From the NCBI GenBank assembly GCA_038217285.1, contig JBBQPO010000022.1, positions 1 through 34,790 on the forward strand: a stretch of DNA of 34,790 bases, in the 5' to 3' direction. The position numbers and the translations under genes were made by a program. The DNA comes from Chthonomonadales bacterium. Lineage in GTDB: Bacteria; Armatimonadota; Chthonomonadetes; Chthonomonadales; Chthonomonadaceae. Position 1 is the stretch's first letter. Each line of letters begins with the position of its first letter. Below are positions 1-9,923 of this stretch, one piece after another. The notes under the pieces were generated by a model. That model saw only the letters and a list, made by a program, of their open reading frames with translations. It was not told the DNA's origin and made no database searches.

Positions 1-885
1 CCCGGCCTCAAGGTGCTGCTCCCGCTGCCAAAGGGACCGGCCGATAAGCCCGCCGCCCGCATCGCACCCGGCGAGTATATCATGAGCGTGGACGGCGTCG
101 ATGTCACCTTCAACGAAACGTTCTACGAGATGCTCGAGTCGAAAGGCAACAAGACCGTCGAGCTGCTGGTCAACAGCAAGCCGACCAAAGACGGCGCGCG
201 TACCATACGTATCCGCACCATCGGGATGGGCGAGTGGGCCGCGCTCGACGAAGCCGGTCGTCTGCGGCACAATCGCGACCTGGTCGATAAGATCTCCGGC
301 GGGCGGCTCGCCTATATTCATGTCGCCGGGATGAACCCGGAGGCGCTCAAACAGTATCGACGCGAGCTCTACAGCGATGCGATCAACAAAGACGGGCTTA
401 TCCTCGATATTCGCAGCAACGGCGGCGGCATAAACTCCGTCGATGAGGCTATCCTTCAGTCGCTCTCACCGCAGGTCTACGGCTATACCCAGCCTCGGGA
501 CGCGCAGCGGGAGACCCTGCCGACCAAGGCCTGGACCAAACCCGTGGTGCTGCTCATCGATCAGCACTCCGCCAGCGCTGCCGAGACGTTCCCGTCCGCG
601 TTCCGCGCCGAACATCTCGGCAAGATGGTCGGCGTGGCCACACCCGGTTACCTGATCGGCACCTACGAGGCCACCCTGGTGGACGGCACGAAGTTCCGAC
701 TGCCGACCTGGGGCTACTTCAACGAGAAGGGTCAGAACCTGGAAAACAACGGGATCGTGCCGGACATTCATGTGGAGAATACGCCCGAAGACTATGCGAA
801 GGGCCGGGATCGCCAGTTGGAAGCCGCCATTGCGACCGCGCTTCAGGACCTCCCGCCGCACGCCGACACCACAGCGCAAAAATAG
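1..885 (+). CDS. S41 family (tricorn-like) peptidase, PDZ + catalytic domain, 5'-truncated by window edge
   Basis: The frame is open from base 1. PDZ-like segment (GPADK...IMSVDG), LILDIRSNGGG and SASAAETF catalytic motifs, and the C-terminal ENNGIVPDI..D.QLEAAI are typical of S41. Confidence 0.9.
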   Translation, partial: PGLKVLLPLPKGPADKPAARIAPGEYIMSVDGVDVTFNETFYEMLESKGNKTVELLVNSKPTKDGARTIRIRTIGMGEWAALDEAGRLRHNRDLVDKISGGRLAYIHVAGMNPEALKQYRRELYSDAINKDGLILDIRSNGGGINSVDEAILQSLSPQVYGYTQPRDAQRETLPTKAWTKPVVLLIDQHSASAAETFPSAFRAEHLGKMVGVATPGYLIGTYEATLVDGTKFRLPTWGYFNEKGQNLENNGIVPDIHVENTPEDYAKGRDRQLEAAIATALQDLPPHADTTAQK

Positions 886-902
886 ACCGACAAGGCGGCC
901 AA

Positions 903-1958
903 ATGGAGTTTTTCGGGTTGCGGAACGAGAAGAAGGAGCGGGGTCTGCCGCGCCAGGTCCGCCTACGTCGTGGCACGGCGGACGACGAGTTTCCCACGTT
1001 CGAGGCCATGCGCCGCACGATGAACATGGAGATGAACTGGGCGCATCATGCGCCCACGCGCCATCACCTGCGTACCTCGCCCAACTCCAGTTTCTGGCTT
1101 GCGGAGGAGTTGGCGCTGTTCAGCCCTCCGAAGGTGATCGGCTACGCCCACAGCATGGTGCGCGAAGGCGTCTGGTGCCTGAACGAGTTCTTCATGCTGC
1201 CAGGCCATCAGCGCCAGGGCATTGGAGGCGCGCTGTTGAACGCCTGCTTGAAGGACGGGGATCTGGCCGGGTCGCATACCCGCCTCATCCTGGCCTCCCA
1301 TCATCCCTCCGCCGACGCCCTTTATATGCGCAGGGCGGGCTGTTTTCCACGCCTTCCCATGATGCTCCTGGTCGGCTCGCTGCTGAAGCTGAGTGTGCCG
1401 GAAGCCGACGCCGCCACCATTCAGGACTCTCTCCTTCCGTCCCCTGCCCTTGCCTCCCACCCTGCTTTCCTGCCCCTGGAGGCCGAGCCTATCAACCTTA
1501 CGCCCAAGGTGCAGGCCGAACTCGATCTCCTGGACCGTGAGATCGTCGGCTATGCGCGGCCCACGGAGCACACGTTCTGGTCCGCGACGATGGGCGGTCC
1601 CTACCGCTCATCGCGTCTGTTCCGCCTGTCGGCTCCTCCCGGTGAAAAAGGCCGTCTTGTCGGCTACTCCTATCTCGGTTATGAGACGACCGGGCCCGCC
1701 CTGGCCGTAGAGGCCGCCGATCTGCCTCGCATGATCCATCATGTCGTAAAGCTCTCCCAGCGTCTGCCGCACCTCGCTGGTGAGTTCGAATTCCGTCCTC
1801 TGGAACTCCACTTCCCGCTCTGTGGCAGCAACGAAGTCATGCTCTCCTGGCTGCTCGGCTGCGGCTGGCATATCGCCTTTCAGTACCTCTTCATGTCCAG
1901 CATCCCTCTGGGTCGCCTCGACCGCTACGTCTGTCACAACCCTCTCTACTATTTGTAG
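903..1958 (+). CDS. GNAT family N-acetyltransferase (two-domain)
   Basis: Acetyl-CoA motif A (FMLPGHQRQGIGGALL) and ADALYMRRAG; 351 aa. Confidence 0.8.
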   Translation: MEFFGLRNEKKERGLPRQVRLRRGTADDEFPTFEAMRRTMNMEMNWAHHAPTRHHLRTSPNSSFWLAEELALFSPPKVIGYAHSMVREGVWCLNEFFMLPGHQRQGIGGALLNACLKDGDLAGSHTRLILASHHPSADALYMRRAGCFPRLPMMLLVGSLLKLSVPEADAATIQDSLLPSPALASHPAFLPLEAEPINLTPKVQAELDLLDREIVGYARPTEHTFWSATMGGPYRSSRLFRLSAPPGEKGRLVGYSYLGYETTGPALAVEAADLPRMIHHVVKLSQRLPHLAGEFEFRPLELHFPLCGSNEVMLSWLLGCGWHIAFQYLFMSSIPLGRLDRYVCHNPLYYL

Positions 1959-1968
1959 CCCGCAGAAG

Positions 1969-4641
1969 TCAGTTCTTGTTGGTTCGTAGGCGATGCTCGG
2001 GGATCGGTTGGGCGGCCTGCCGGGTGTTGGGATGGGTGTGCAGGTACGGGGGGACGAGCAGCGACGCGAAATGATCTTCGGCCATATACTGCCCGATCAC
2101 CTCTTCGCGACGGGCTTCCGGGACGCGCTGGAGATGCTGGAAGCACTGTTTGAGCTGGAAGTGCGCGGCGGCGTTGTCGGGATCAGCTGCGAGGGAGTTT
2201 TGGAAGGCAGCAACGGCGGCGCGGTAGTCGCCGGAGCGAAACAGGGTCAGGCCGAGATCGAACTGCAGAGCGCCGTCCTGCGGCAAACGCAGCGCCAGCG
2301 GGCGCAGCAGATTCAGCGCGCGGTCGTACTCGCCCTGTTTGCTATAGACCAGGCCAAGGTCGGCCTGCGCGGCGGGACTATCGGGGGCGACTCGCAGGGC
2401 GGCATCGAACTGCGCCCGCGCGGCCAATAGCTCCGGCTCCGCGAGATAGGCGCGACCGAGTCCTAGAAGCGGCTCGGGCCGATTCGGGGCAATATGCTGG
2501 GCGGTCACGAAAGCGCGCCGTGCGCGCGCGGCGTCCGGGGCATCTTTTGGAGCCAGCAGTCCGAGCCCATATTCGACGAAGCGCAAAGCCGTCTCCGACT
2601 CGGGCCGCGTCTTCGCCGCCATGCCAACCTGGGGAAGCACGACCGTCTCTTCCGCCAGTGTCGTGATAGGAACCTCTCCTGGCAGACCGACCCACTTTGC
2701 AAAGTCGGGGCGAAGGGCGCGATAGCGCAGTCGCGCCTGAACCGTCAGGGGTGGGGAGAATACGCGCGGAAGGGTCCATCGATAGCGGGCGATGTCGGCA
2801 CCGCCCGCAGGGATCGCGCGGCGATACGCGGTCGTTACTTGCTGCCACAACTCGTGGTGCAGGAGAGAGTTCCCATCGCGGCCCAGTGGAACGGTGCAAT
2901 AGGTATGCGTGTCCGGCGGCAAAGAGGCCCCCTTCTCCGCCATCCGTCCGCTCTCCGCCAGCAGACGCCCCCGCCCATCCCGAAGTGTGACCTCCAGCCA
3001 GGCCACCTTTATGTCCGTATAGCCTGCCGGGAACTCGTGGCCGGAGTTGCGGTTGCTCACGACGATGTCAAGCAGGCACGTTTCGCCCCCCTTAAGGGGC
3101 GTTCCGGCGGGCGGAGCGTCCAGCGGAGCGAGCCACTGCTCTTGTAGCCCTGGCCCTGCCGGACGCCGTAACGCGAAGATGTCCAGGCTCGGGCCGCTTC
3201 GGCAAGCGTCTCCCTCTGACCGGCCGCCTCGTTCTGTGCTGCCCAACGCGGCAGGAAGCCAGCCCCGAATGTCGGCGGACGCGTGCGAAAACGACCCGTC
3301 CGCGCGGTGGAGGAAATGGCAGTCCTGGCAGGTGCGCGGCGGCTCCGTGCGTAGTCCGGCGGTGCGCGCCGTTCTACCGGAAAACGGCCCGCTCTGCCAC
3401 GTCCCCCACTCGTCCGCCCCGTGTACGAACTGATAGCCGTTTTGCGGCACGTTGAAACTCTGGCGATGACAGGTTCCACAGAACTCCGAGGAAGCGTGAA
3501 TTTCCGGTTTGAGATAGGCCGCCTGGTGTGGGGCAGGCCGTACCCGCAGCAGAAAGTCGTGCAGGCGGCGCTGCCAGCCCGTCTGCCGATCTGCGAAAGG
3601 ATAGTTCTGCGGTAGGGAGAGCGTAAAGCGTCCGTTGCCCGTGCGCGCCGCCACATCCGTCACGGCATGGCAGGCCACGCACCCGACCCCTTCGTGTACC
3701 GCCAGTCCGGTTCCTGCCCGTGCTGTAAGCGCCGGTTGGCCTGTACACACCACGCTCAACGGCGCATGGCATCCAGCGCACCATCGGGCCGCCGTCTCCC
3801 CGACATGCGTTCTGTACTCTCCCAAAACGCGCTGGTAGACCGGATCGCTTGCAGCCTGCTGATGCACCGATCCCTGCCACTCCCGCAAGGCCGTCGCATG
3901 ACAGCCTGCCCTGCCGCAGTAGTCCGCCTCCTGAGCGTCATGCCGGCTGCCGGTCACCAGCCGGACGCCTGCAGGGAAGAACGGGTTTTCCGCCTGCGCC
4001 GCATTGGTCGCGGTCATATCCCGGTAGTAGGGTGCAGCGTCGTAGTGGGGCGCTAACACCGCCCCACCAAGGCCCAATGTGCCGAAACCCAGCACGAGAA
4101 GGAAGAGGGAAGAGCGCCGACGCAGGCGAGGGGAGACGGAACCCGCGCCGTGGTCCAGGTACGGCCCTACGGAGGAGGGCACGACGGCGCTCTCCGGGGC
4201 AGGTCTCTTCTCGCCCTTGCGCAATGGGCCTCTGCACCAGGCCCACCCTGCTCCGAAGACCAGAACGGCGAGGAGCCCTGCAAGGAGGTGCGTCCACCAC
4301 ACTCCCCGGTCGTGCGCCGTGCTCACGCCGGTCGCCGCGCGCGCGGTCAAAAAGACGCCCGTCAGAGCGCAGACTCCGAACGCCAGTCGAAAAAGGCCCC
4401 ACCGACCGGGGCGCCCCTTCGCCCGTAGAATGGAGACCGTAATCGGCACGATCAGGAGCAGTCCCAGCCCGATGTGCAGGAGGACGACGCAGGCGGCCTC
4501 CCAGCCCATGGCGCCCTGCGCGGGTCCGAGCAGGATGAGAGCCGAGAGAGTCAGAAGAGCCAGACCGACCGTCAACAGTCGTGACGGTCCCTGGCTCTCC
4601 GGGGTTCTCTCCGCAGGATGCGGTCTTTCCCGCTCCTTCAT
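1969..4641 (-). CDS. Membrane-anchored multiheme c-type cytochrome (c554-like) with C-terminal TPR repeats
   Basis: N-terminal hydrophobic helices; heme motifs CAGCH, CVACH, CGTCH, CQDCH plus the variant CGRAGCH; TPR-like repeats at the C-terminus (LGLGRAYL, DLGLVYSKQGEY, FDLGLTLFRSGDY). Confidence 0.85.
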   Translation of the reverse strand: MKERERPHPAERTPESQGPSRLLTVGLALLTLSALILLGPAQGAMGWEAACVVLLHIGLGLLLIVPITVSILRAKGRPGRWGLFRLAFGVCALTGVFLTARAATGVSTAHDRGVWWTHLLAGLLAVLVFGAGWAWCRGPLRKGEKRPAPESAVVPSSVGPYLDHGAGSVSPRLRRRSSLFLLVLGFGTLGLGGAVLAPHYDAAPYYRDMTATNAAQAENPFFPAGVRLVTGSRHDAQEADYCGRAGCHATALREWQGSVHQQAASDPVYQRVLGEYRTHVGETAARWCAGCHAPLSVVCTGQPALTARAGTGLAVHEGVGCVACHAVTDVAARTGNGRFTLSLPQNYPFADRQTGWQRRLHDFLLRVRPAPHQAAYLKPEIHASSEFCGTCHRQSFNVPQNGYQFVHGADEWGTWQSGPFSGRTARTAGLRTEPPRTCQDCHFLHRADGSFSHASADIRGWLPAALGSTERGGRSEGDACRSGPSLDIFALRRPAGPGLQEQWLAPLDAPPAGTPLKGGETCLLDIVVSNRNSGHEFPAGYTDIKVAWLEVTLRDGRGRLLAESGRMAEKGASLPPDTHTYCTVPLGRDGNSLLHHELWQQVTTAYRRAIPAGGADIARYRWTLPRVFSPPLTVQARLRYRALRPDFAKWVGLPGEVPITTLAEETVVLPQVGMAAKTRPESETALRFVEYGLGLLAPKDAPDAARARRAFVTAQHIAPNRPEPLLGLGRAYLAEPELLAARAQFDAALRVAPDSPAAQADLGLVYSKQGEYDRALNLLRPLALRLPQDGALQFDLGLTLFRSGDYRAAVAAFQNSLAADPDNAAAHFQLKQCFQHLQRVPEARREEVIGQYMAEDHFASLLVPPYLHTHPNTRQAAQPIPEHRLRTNKN

Positions 4642-4645
4642 AGGT

Positions 4646-6091
4646 TCAGGCCTTCTCCGGTACCTCGAAGCCCTTGCGGTACTCGCGGGTCAACAGGGCA
4701 TTGGCCTGCGGACTGTTCCGGAACTTCTCGGCACGGGGATCGAACTTCAACTGCGGGCCGACCATATACTTCGTCTCGGCGAGATTGATGCCGTTGTCAG
4801 ACAGGTGCTGTTCGAAACGGCCGAACGTCTCATAGGACTCTTTGTCGTCGCCGAACGCTTTGGTTTTCGGGTTGAACGGCTGCGCGGAGCCCAGGCGATA
4901 GGAGATGTTGCCCAGGTGGCAGAGGGCGCTGGAGAGATGGCCTTCCAGAATTTCGCCGTGCAGGTCCGACGCCTTGCGGGAGTGCACCGCTTCGATGAAG
5001 TTGCCGAAATGGTCGCCGCCGCCGGAGAAGTCCATAATCTTGTTATGACTGTTGTCGAAGACCGCCACTTTGCCGTAGTTGTCGGAAAACGCCACATAGC
5101 CTTCGGTGCCATAGACGATATTACCGATTTTCACGCCCTCGACGCCCTCTGTTTTCAGGCCACGCACCTCGAAAATAAGGTGGGAGTCGCCGTAGTCGAA
5201 GAACGAGATCTCCGTGTTGGGCGTCTGGCCGTCATCGACATACCCGAAGCGGCCGCCGACGCTGATCACACTGTTCGGCAGAGCGTTCTTGTTCAGCGCC
5301 CAGCGGGCGATATCCATCTGGTGAATACCCTGATTGCCGAGATCGCCACTCCCGTAGTCCCAGAACCAGTGCCAGTCGTAGTGGAACTGTCGGCGCTCGA
5401 CCGGCTTCTGAGGCGCAGGGCCCAGCCAGAGGTCGTAGTTGACGGAGGTGGGAGGCATCTGAGGGCCGGTCACTTTGCCGATGCTGCCGCGTGGTTTGAA
5501 GCAGAGCCCGCGTGAGAGCGTCACCTTGCCCAGTTTGCCGGAGTGAATGTAGTCCATCGCGTCCCGACAGGCCTTGTTGGAACGCGACTGGGTTCCGGCC
5601 TGACAGATACGATTCAGTTTGCGAGCCACCTCGACCGTGCGCCGACCTTCCGAGACATTGTGGCTGATGGGCTTCTCGACATAGACGTCTTTCCCATGCT
5701 GCATAGCCCAGATCGCCGCCAGAGAGTGCCAATGGTTGGGAGTGGCGATAGAGACGGCATCAATCTCTTTCATCGCTAGAAGATCCCGGATGTCCTGCAC
5801 CGCTTTGGGTTTGGGCTTGCCGCTCTTCTCGATGAGGTCGGACGCCTTTGGAATGACCGCCGAGTCCGCATCGCAAAGCGCGACGATCTCGACATCGTCA
5901 TGGCCCAGGTAGCCGCGAATATGATCCAGTCCACGCCCATGCACACCGATGACCGCGATATGGATCTTGTCGTTGGCGGCGACACGGCGGCGTGTCGTAC
6001 GGGGAACGGCGACCACCTCTGTGGCGGCCAGACCTGTCATGGCAGTCAGCAGCGACTGCTCCAGAAAACGTCGGCGTGAAATACTATCCAT
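4646..6091 (-). CDS. Gfo/Idh/MocA family oxidoreductase with Tat signal
   Basis: SRRRFL twin-arginine leader; IAVIGVHGRG; DAVSIATPNHWH; KDVYVEKP; NQGIHQMD; RBS GGAGG upstream. Confidence 0.93.
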   Translation of the reverse strand: MDSISRRRFLEQSLLTAMTGLAATEVVAVPRTTRRRVAANDKIHIAVIGVHGRGLDHIRGYLGHDDVEIVALCDADSAVIPKASDLIEKSGKPKPKAVQDIRDLLAMKEIDAVSIATPNHWHSLAAIWAMQHGKDVYVEKPISHNVSEGRRTVEVARKLNRICQAGTQSRSNKACRDAMDYIHSGKLGKVTLSRGLCFKPRGSIGKVTGPQMPPTSVNYDLWLGPAPQKPVERRQFHYDWHWFWDYGSGDLGNQGIHQMDIARWALNKNALPNSVISVGGRFGYVDDGQTPNTEISFFDYGDSHLIFEVRGLKTEGVEGVKIGNIVYGTEGYVAFSDNYGKVAVFDNSHNKIMDFSGGGDHFGNFIEAVHSRKASDLHGEILEGHLSSALCHLGNISYRLGSAQPFNPKTKAFGDDKESYETFGRFEQHLSDNGINLAETKYMVGPQLKFDPRAEKFRNSPQANALLTREYRKGFEVPEKA

Positions 6092-6117
6092 CCTGCATCC
6101 TCCCTGTCAACCGTTGT

Positions 6118-7428
6118 CTACCGCGACGCAAGCGCGCCGTGATCTGACCAGAACTGTTCATAGACTTCCTGCACTCTTCTGGCGGTAAGTTCGATGGTGA
6201 AATGTTCGAGCACCCGCATTCGTCCCGCCGCACCCTTCTCTGCCGAACCCACCGGATCCCGCAGCAGACGCATGATCGCCTCCGCCATCGGAGTGCTCTC
6301 GCCCATCGGAACCAGCCAACCTGTCACTCCGTCCTCCACGATCTCCGGAACGCCGCCGCCGTTGGTCGCCACCACCGGCTTGCCTGCCACCATGCCCTCC
6401 ACCACCACCTGACCGAAAGGCTCCCCGATCGTCGAGGCATGCACCAATATGTCCAACTGACTGATCAGAGCCGGCACATCCTTGCGAAAGCCCGTGAACT
6501 CCACGCAGTCGGAAAGGCCCAGCGTCTCACACAACTGCCGCACCTCCGCCTCGTAGGCGTCTTCCCCGAACATGGCCGATCCGATGATCTGATAGCGTGA
6601 GGTCGGAAACTGCTTGCGCACCTCCGCCGCCGCTGCCAGGAAGATGTGCTGCCCCTTCCACGGGCTCAGACGCCCCACCAGACCGATCACGGGGCTCTGG
6701 CCATAGCCGCGTATCGGCTTGATCTCGGGCACGGCCGCATCCTCGACCCCATCGTGCACGACCCGCACGTAGGTCTTTGTGACGCCGCTATGGATCACCG
6801 CAGCACGCCCCTCGACATCGAGGCAGAGGGTTTTCAGGGTGGCTTCCGAGTTGGTAATGATATAGTTGGGCAGGATACGACACAACCAGCGGAAGCCGGT
6901 AACGGCCGGCTTCGGCAGGTAGTCTGTCGCGATTCGGTCTCGAATATGCCATATCACCGGAATACGGGCCAGGCGACCGGCGATCCCGCCGATCACATCG
7001 GATTTCAACGAGTTCGTATGCAGCAGATCCGCTTTGCGCGCTTTCAGAAAACGCGCCAATCGCCATGCATAGCGTACCACGTTGAGGGCCGCGCCAGGTC
7101 GGAGCAGTCCGCGCGCTCCAAGGCTGTCTTTCCGTGTTTCCGAGACACTTTCGTCCAGGAGGAGGACATGGGTTTCCACGCCTGAATCGACGAGTTTCGC
7201 CAGCAAGGGTCCCTCCGCGCTCAACACCACCACCGGCAGATAACGGCGACGGTCGAGATGCTGGACGAGGTGCAGAAGAGCGATCTCCCCTCCGCTCATC
7301 ATGGCCGTATGATCGAAAAAAACGATGACGCGGGGCAGAGTTTCACTCGCCTCCCGCGCTCCGTCACTCTGCAGGGGAACGCTCTCCCCAGGACCACCCA
7401 TAAACACGGTACTGCAGATAGGTTTCAT
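6118..7428 (-). CDS. Glycosyltransferase family 4
   Basis: SGGE motif, VGRLSPWKGQ and EPFGQVVVEGM (GT4 EX7E motif). Start moved to ATG 7428 (7401 also possible) because a promoter-like motif lies at 7496-7521. Confidence 0.9.
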   Translation of the reverse strand: MKPICSTVFMGGPGESVPLQSDGAREASETLPRVIVFFDHTAMMSGGEIALLHLVQHLDRRRYLPVVVLSAEGPLLAKLVDSGVETHVLLLDESVSETRKDSLGARGLLRPGAALNVVRYAWRLARFLKARKADLLHTNSLKSDVIGGIAGRLARIPVIWHIRDRIATDYLPKPAVTGFRWLCRILPNYIITNSEATLKTLCLDVEGRAAVIHSGVTKTYVRVVHDGVEDAAVPEIKPIRGYGQSPVIGLVGRLSPWKGQHIFLAAAAEVRKQFPTSRYQIIGSAMFGEDAYEAEVRQLCETLGLSDCVEFTGFRKDVPALISQLDILVHASTIGEPFGQVVVEGMVAGKPVVATNGGGVPEIVEDGVTGWLVPMGESTPMAEAIMRLLRDPVGSAEKGAAGRMRVLEHFTIELTARRVQEVYEQFWSDHGALASR

Positions 7429-7495
7429 ACGGTTCAATCGAAAACTCCCGGCCTGAATCGTCAGGGACACTTGCAGTTCTGATCTGTCTTTACTG

Positions 7496-7521
7496 TAGAC
7501 GATAGAAGAAGCGTACAGTTC
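7496..7521 (-). promoter_or_regulatory. ECF-type promoter GAAC-N16-CGTCTA upstream of GT4
   Basis: The minus strand reads GAAC tgtacgcttcttctat CGTCTA, preceded by an A/T tract. The same motif and spacing occur at 18165-18190. Confidence 0.6.
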
Positions 7522-7589
7522 ATTAAAAGCCAAAAAAATTGGCTGTGCGCTCGGTCATGAGGCGATTGAGCGGCTCCTCGTTATTCCGA

Positions 7590-8105
7590 TCAAAAGCGGC
7601 GTTTGAACCAGGTGGAGATTCCGTCCGCAATCGAGTGGGCGCTTCCGGCCAGGATAAAGCCTGCGAACAGGACTGCGGTCCAGTCCGGATGGAGGTGCGC
7701 GAAAGAGTACACAGAGAGCCAGCCTGCCTGGGTCATCTGATTCGCATCGACGTGCGGCCCTAGGCGACTAAAAAGCCATAGGCTGAGCCAGAACAGGAGC
7801 GTACAGGCGGTGGCCAGATAGCCCACGCGAATGACGCCTCCCATGACCAGCCCGTGCGACATCCAGGAGCGGTGCGGCACACACTGTCGGTAGGGCCACC
7901 AGATAAAACGCAGCGGCCCCCATCGCCGATACTCTTTCGAATCCAGGTCCAGATCGCCCGCACAGGCATAACCGGCGAACACATAGGATGCCGTGAAGAG
8001 AACCGCCAGAGTCGGATCGGGATGCGGTGCTATTTGGAAATAGGCAATATCCGCGCCTACCGCCGTGATCAACGTTATGGCATCGTGGGTTGGTGCATTC
8101 GGCAT
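7590..8105 (-). CDS. DUF2227-like putative metal-binding membrane protein
   Basis: MPNAPTHD start, GDLDL, RRWGPLRFIWWPY, HRSWMSHG and AHSIAD motifs; in-frame ATG at 8105. Confidence 0.8.
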   Translation of the reverse strand: MPNAPTHDAITLITAVGADIAYFQIAPHPDPTLAVLFTASYVFAGYACAGDLDLDSKEYRRWGPLRFIWWPYRQCVPHRSWMSHGLVMGGVIRVGYLATACTLLFWLSLWLFSRLGPHVDANQMTQAGWLSVYSFAHLHPDWTAVLFAGFILAGSAHSIADGISTWFKRRF

Positions 8106-8205
8106 GGGCGGAAAAGGAATTCTTAGAGATGCGTCGGGGCATAGTAAGGCGTTGGCGTATACAAAGCTATGGTTGAGTGTACCACAATCGGGCGCACAAA
8201 TAGGT

Positions 8206-9207
8206 CTATTGCGGGGGTTTTTGAGCAGGAGGGGCGAGGACACGCAGCGCCAGGGGAACGATCTCCATACTGACCGGCAGGTAGGCGATAATGTGATCGT
8301 CGGCATGGACGGGCAAAGGGTGATTGACGCGATGTATCCGCCGGATTTCGACCCGCCCGGCGCGCCGGACCCGTACTTGGGGCAGGCTCAGATGTGTGCC
8401 TCTCATCAGGGCCAGACCGAAACGCATGAGTTCCCAACGCGACATCGCGCCCACCGTCACGACATCGAACAGTCCGTCGTCGAGGGAGGCGTCGGGTGCC
8501 ATAGCCCAGTTCTCCCCGATATACCGGGAGTTCGATACGGTTACCAGAACGACCTCCTCTTCCTGCGCCTGACCGTCCAGCGTCAGATTGAGGCGGCGCG
8601 CGCGCGGGTTCCAGAGGAGCGGCATAGTGACGTTGAAGATTCGTCCAACTTCGTGGCGGTGCGCCTCTTCGTCTCCCATGGCGGAGAGGGAGTCCGCGAA
8701 CAGTCCGACGCCGACCGCCTCGATGAAATATTCGTTCTTAATGCGGCCGACATCGATAACGCGCTCGAAACCACGGGCCAGTGTTCGGAAGGCTTCCTCC
8801 AGATCGCCGGGAATGTTCAGTCCGCGGGCGAAGTTGTTGGCCGTTCCAAGCGGCAGGATCCCGAGCCGTAGCGAGGTGCCGATGAGATGCTGCACGACAT
8901 GGTGCACCGTGCCATCGCCACCGACCGCAACAATCGTGTCGTAGCCTTGCGCTTCCGCAGCGCGGATACGCTCCGCCATGCCGTCCGGCGGCGGCAGCAT
9001 CTCGACATCGGCCCGCAGTCCGACCTCACCTGCCGCCTCCGACAGAAACGTCAGGCTGACAGGAACGCGCTCAATGGGGGCAGGACGCGCCGGAGAAAAT
9101 CGCTGCGAGACTCCGGCGACATACTCTCTTAGGGCGAGCCGTCCTGCTTTCGGATTGGCGAGGATCAAACAGACAGGATCGCGGGGAGCTCTCTGCGGCA
9201 AAGTCAT
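8206..9207 (-). CDS. Diacylglycerol/lipid kinase family protein (YegS/Rv2252/BmrU-like)
   Basis: NPKAG, GGDGT, LPLGTANNFAR and DDGLFDV motifs; ATGA overlap with the PHP gene. Confidence 0.9.
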   Translation of the reverse strand: MTLPQRAPRDPVCLILANPKAGRLALREYVAGVSQRFSPARPAPIERVPVSLTFLSEAAGEVGLRADVEMLPPPDGMAERIRAAEAQGYDTIVAVGGDGTVHHVVQHLIGTSLRLGILPLGTANNFARGLNIPGDLEEAFRTLARGFERVIDVGRIKNEYFIEAVGVGLFADSLSAMGDEEAHRHEVGRIFNVTMPLLWNPRARRLNLTLDGQAQEEEVVLVTVSNSRYIGENWAMAPDASLDDGLFDVVTVGAMSRWELMRFGLALMRGTHLSLPQVRVRRAGRVEIRRIHRVNHPLPVHADDHIIAYLPVSMEIVPLALRVLAPPAQKPPQ

Positions 9208-9893
9208 CGGTTGCCGTCCCTCAACCGTCGCCAGGCCATACTGAGCGGACGACGGCCGCGCACCAGCCAGCCGGTGAGGGGACTGCGCCGCTGCCCAACG
9301 ATATGCCCGGCGGCGAGGGCCTGGAGGAACAGACTGGGGTCAGATAGATTGGCCGGGGCCTCGAACTCGTTGAGAACGGTGCCGATGGCCCGCAGGTTAT
9401 GCGCGTCGCTCCCACCGCCCGCGATCTTGCCGTGCCGGGCCGCGAACTCCGTCGCCAGCAGGTTATACCGATCACGCCCCACTTTGCCGTTGAACGTCTC
9501 GACGATATCCACCGCTTCGATGAGGGAGGAGAGCGATGCGCCGCCCGTGCGGCGTGCCTTCTGTTTATCGAAAGGATGGGGCAGATAGACCAGTCCTCCC
9601 TGCGCATGAATGGCGTGCATGGTCTCCAGGCCCGACATTTTGGGCGGAACGTGTTCGCGCAGAAACAGCCCGATCACATCGCCGTCCTGCGTCGAAACCT
9701 CCTCGCCGACGATCACGGTCAGGGTCTTGACACGCTCTCGCAGTTTCAGCGCCCCCGTGATCGTATTGTGATCGGTGACGGCAAGGCCGGTCAGGCCCCG
9801 GCGCAGGGCGTGGGCCTCGATGGCGTCCAGCGCCGTATCGCAGTCCGGCGAATATTCGGTATGAAGATGCAGGTCGTAGCGTACTTTGGCCAT
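9204..9893 (-). CDS. PHP domain phosphoesterase
   Basis: DLHLHT, AVTDHN, GEE, HPF and GGSDAH motifs. Confidence 0.92.
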   Translation of the reverse strand: MAKVRYDLHLHTEYSPDCDTALDAIEAHALRRGLTGLAVTDHNTITGALKLRERVKTLTVIVGEEVSTQDGDVIGLFLREHVPPKMSGLETMHAIHAQGGLVYLPHPFDKQKARRTGGASLSSLIEAVDIVETFNGKVGRDRYNLLATEFAARHGKIAGGGSDAHNLRAIGTVLNEFEAPANLSDPSLFLQALAAGHIVGQRRSPLTGWLVRGRRPLSMAWRRLRDGNR

Positions 9894-9923
9894 GGGAATC
9901 TGGGATCTATCTCTCTATGGGGT

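Noticed and set aside
4079-5515. 478-aa plus-strand ORF
   Set aside because: Antisense shadow of the oxidoreductase and cytochrome genes; no motifs; expected in GC-rich DNA.
7429-7533. N-terminal extension of the GT4 ORF
   Set aside because: Contains the promoter-like motif and an A/T tract; likely non-coding.
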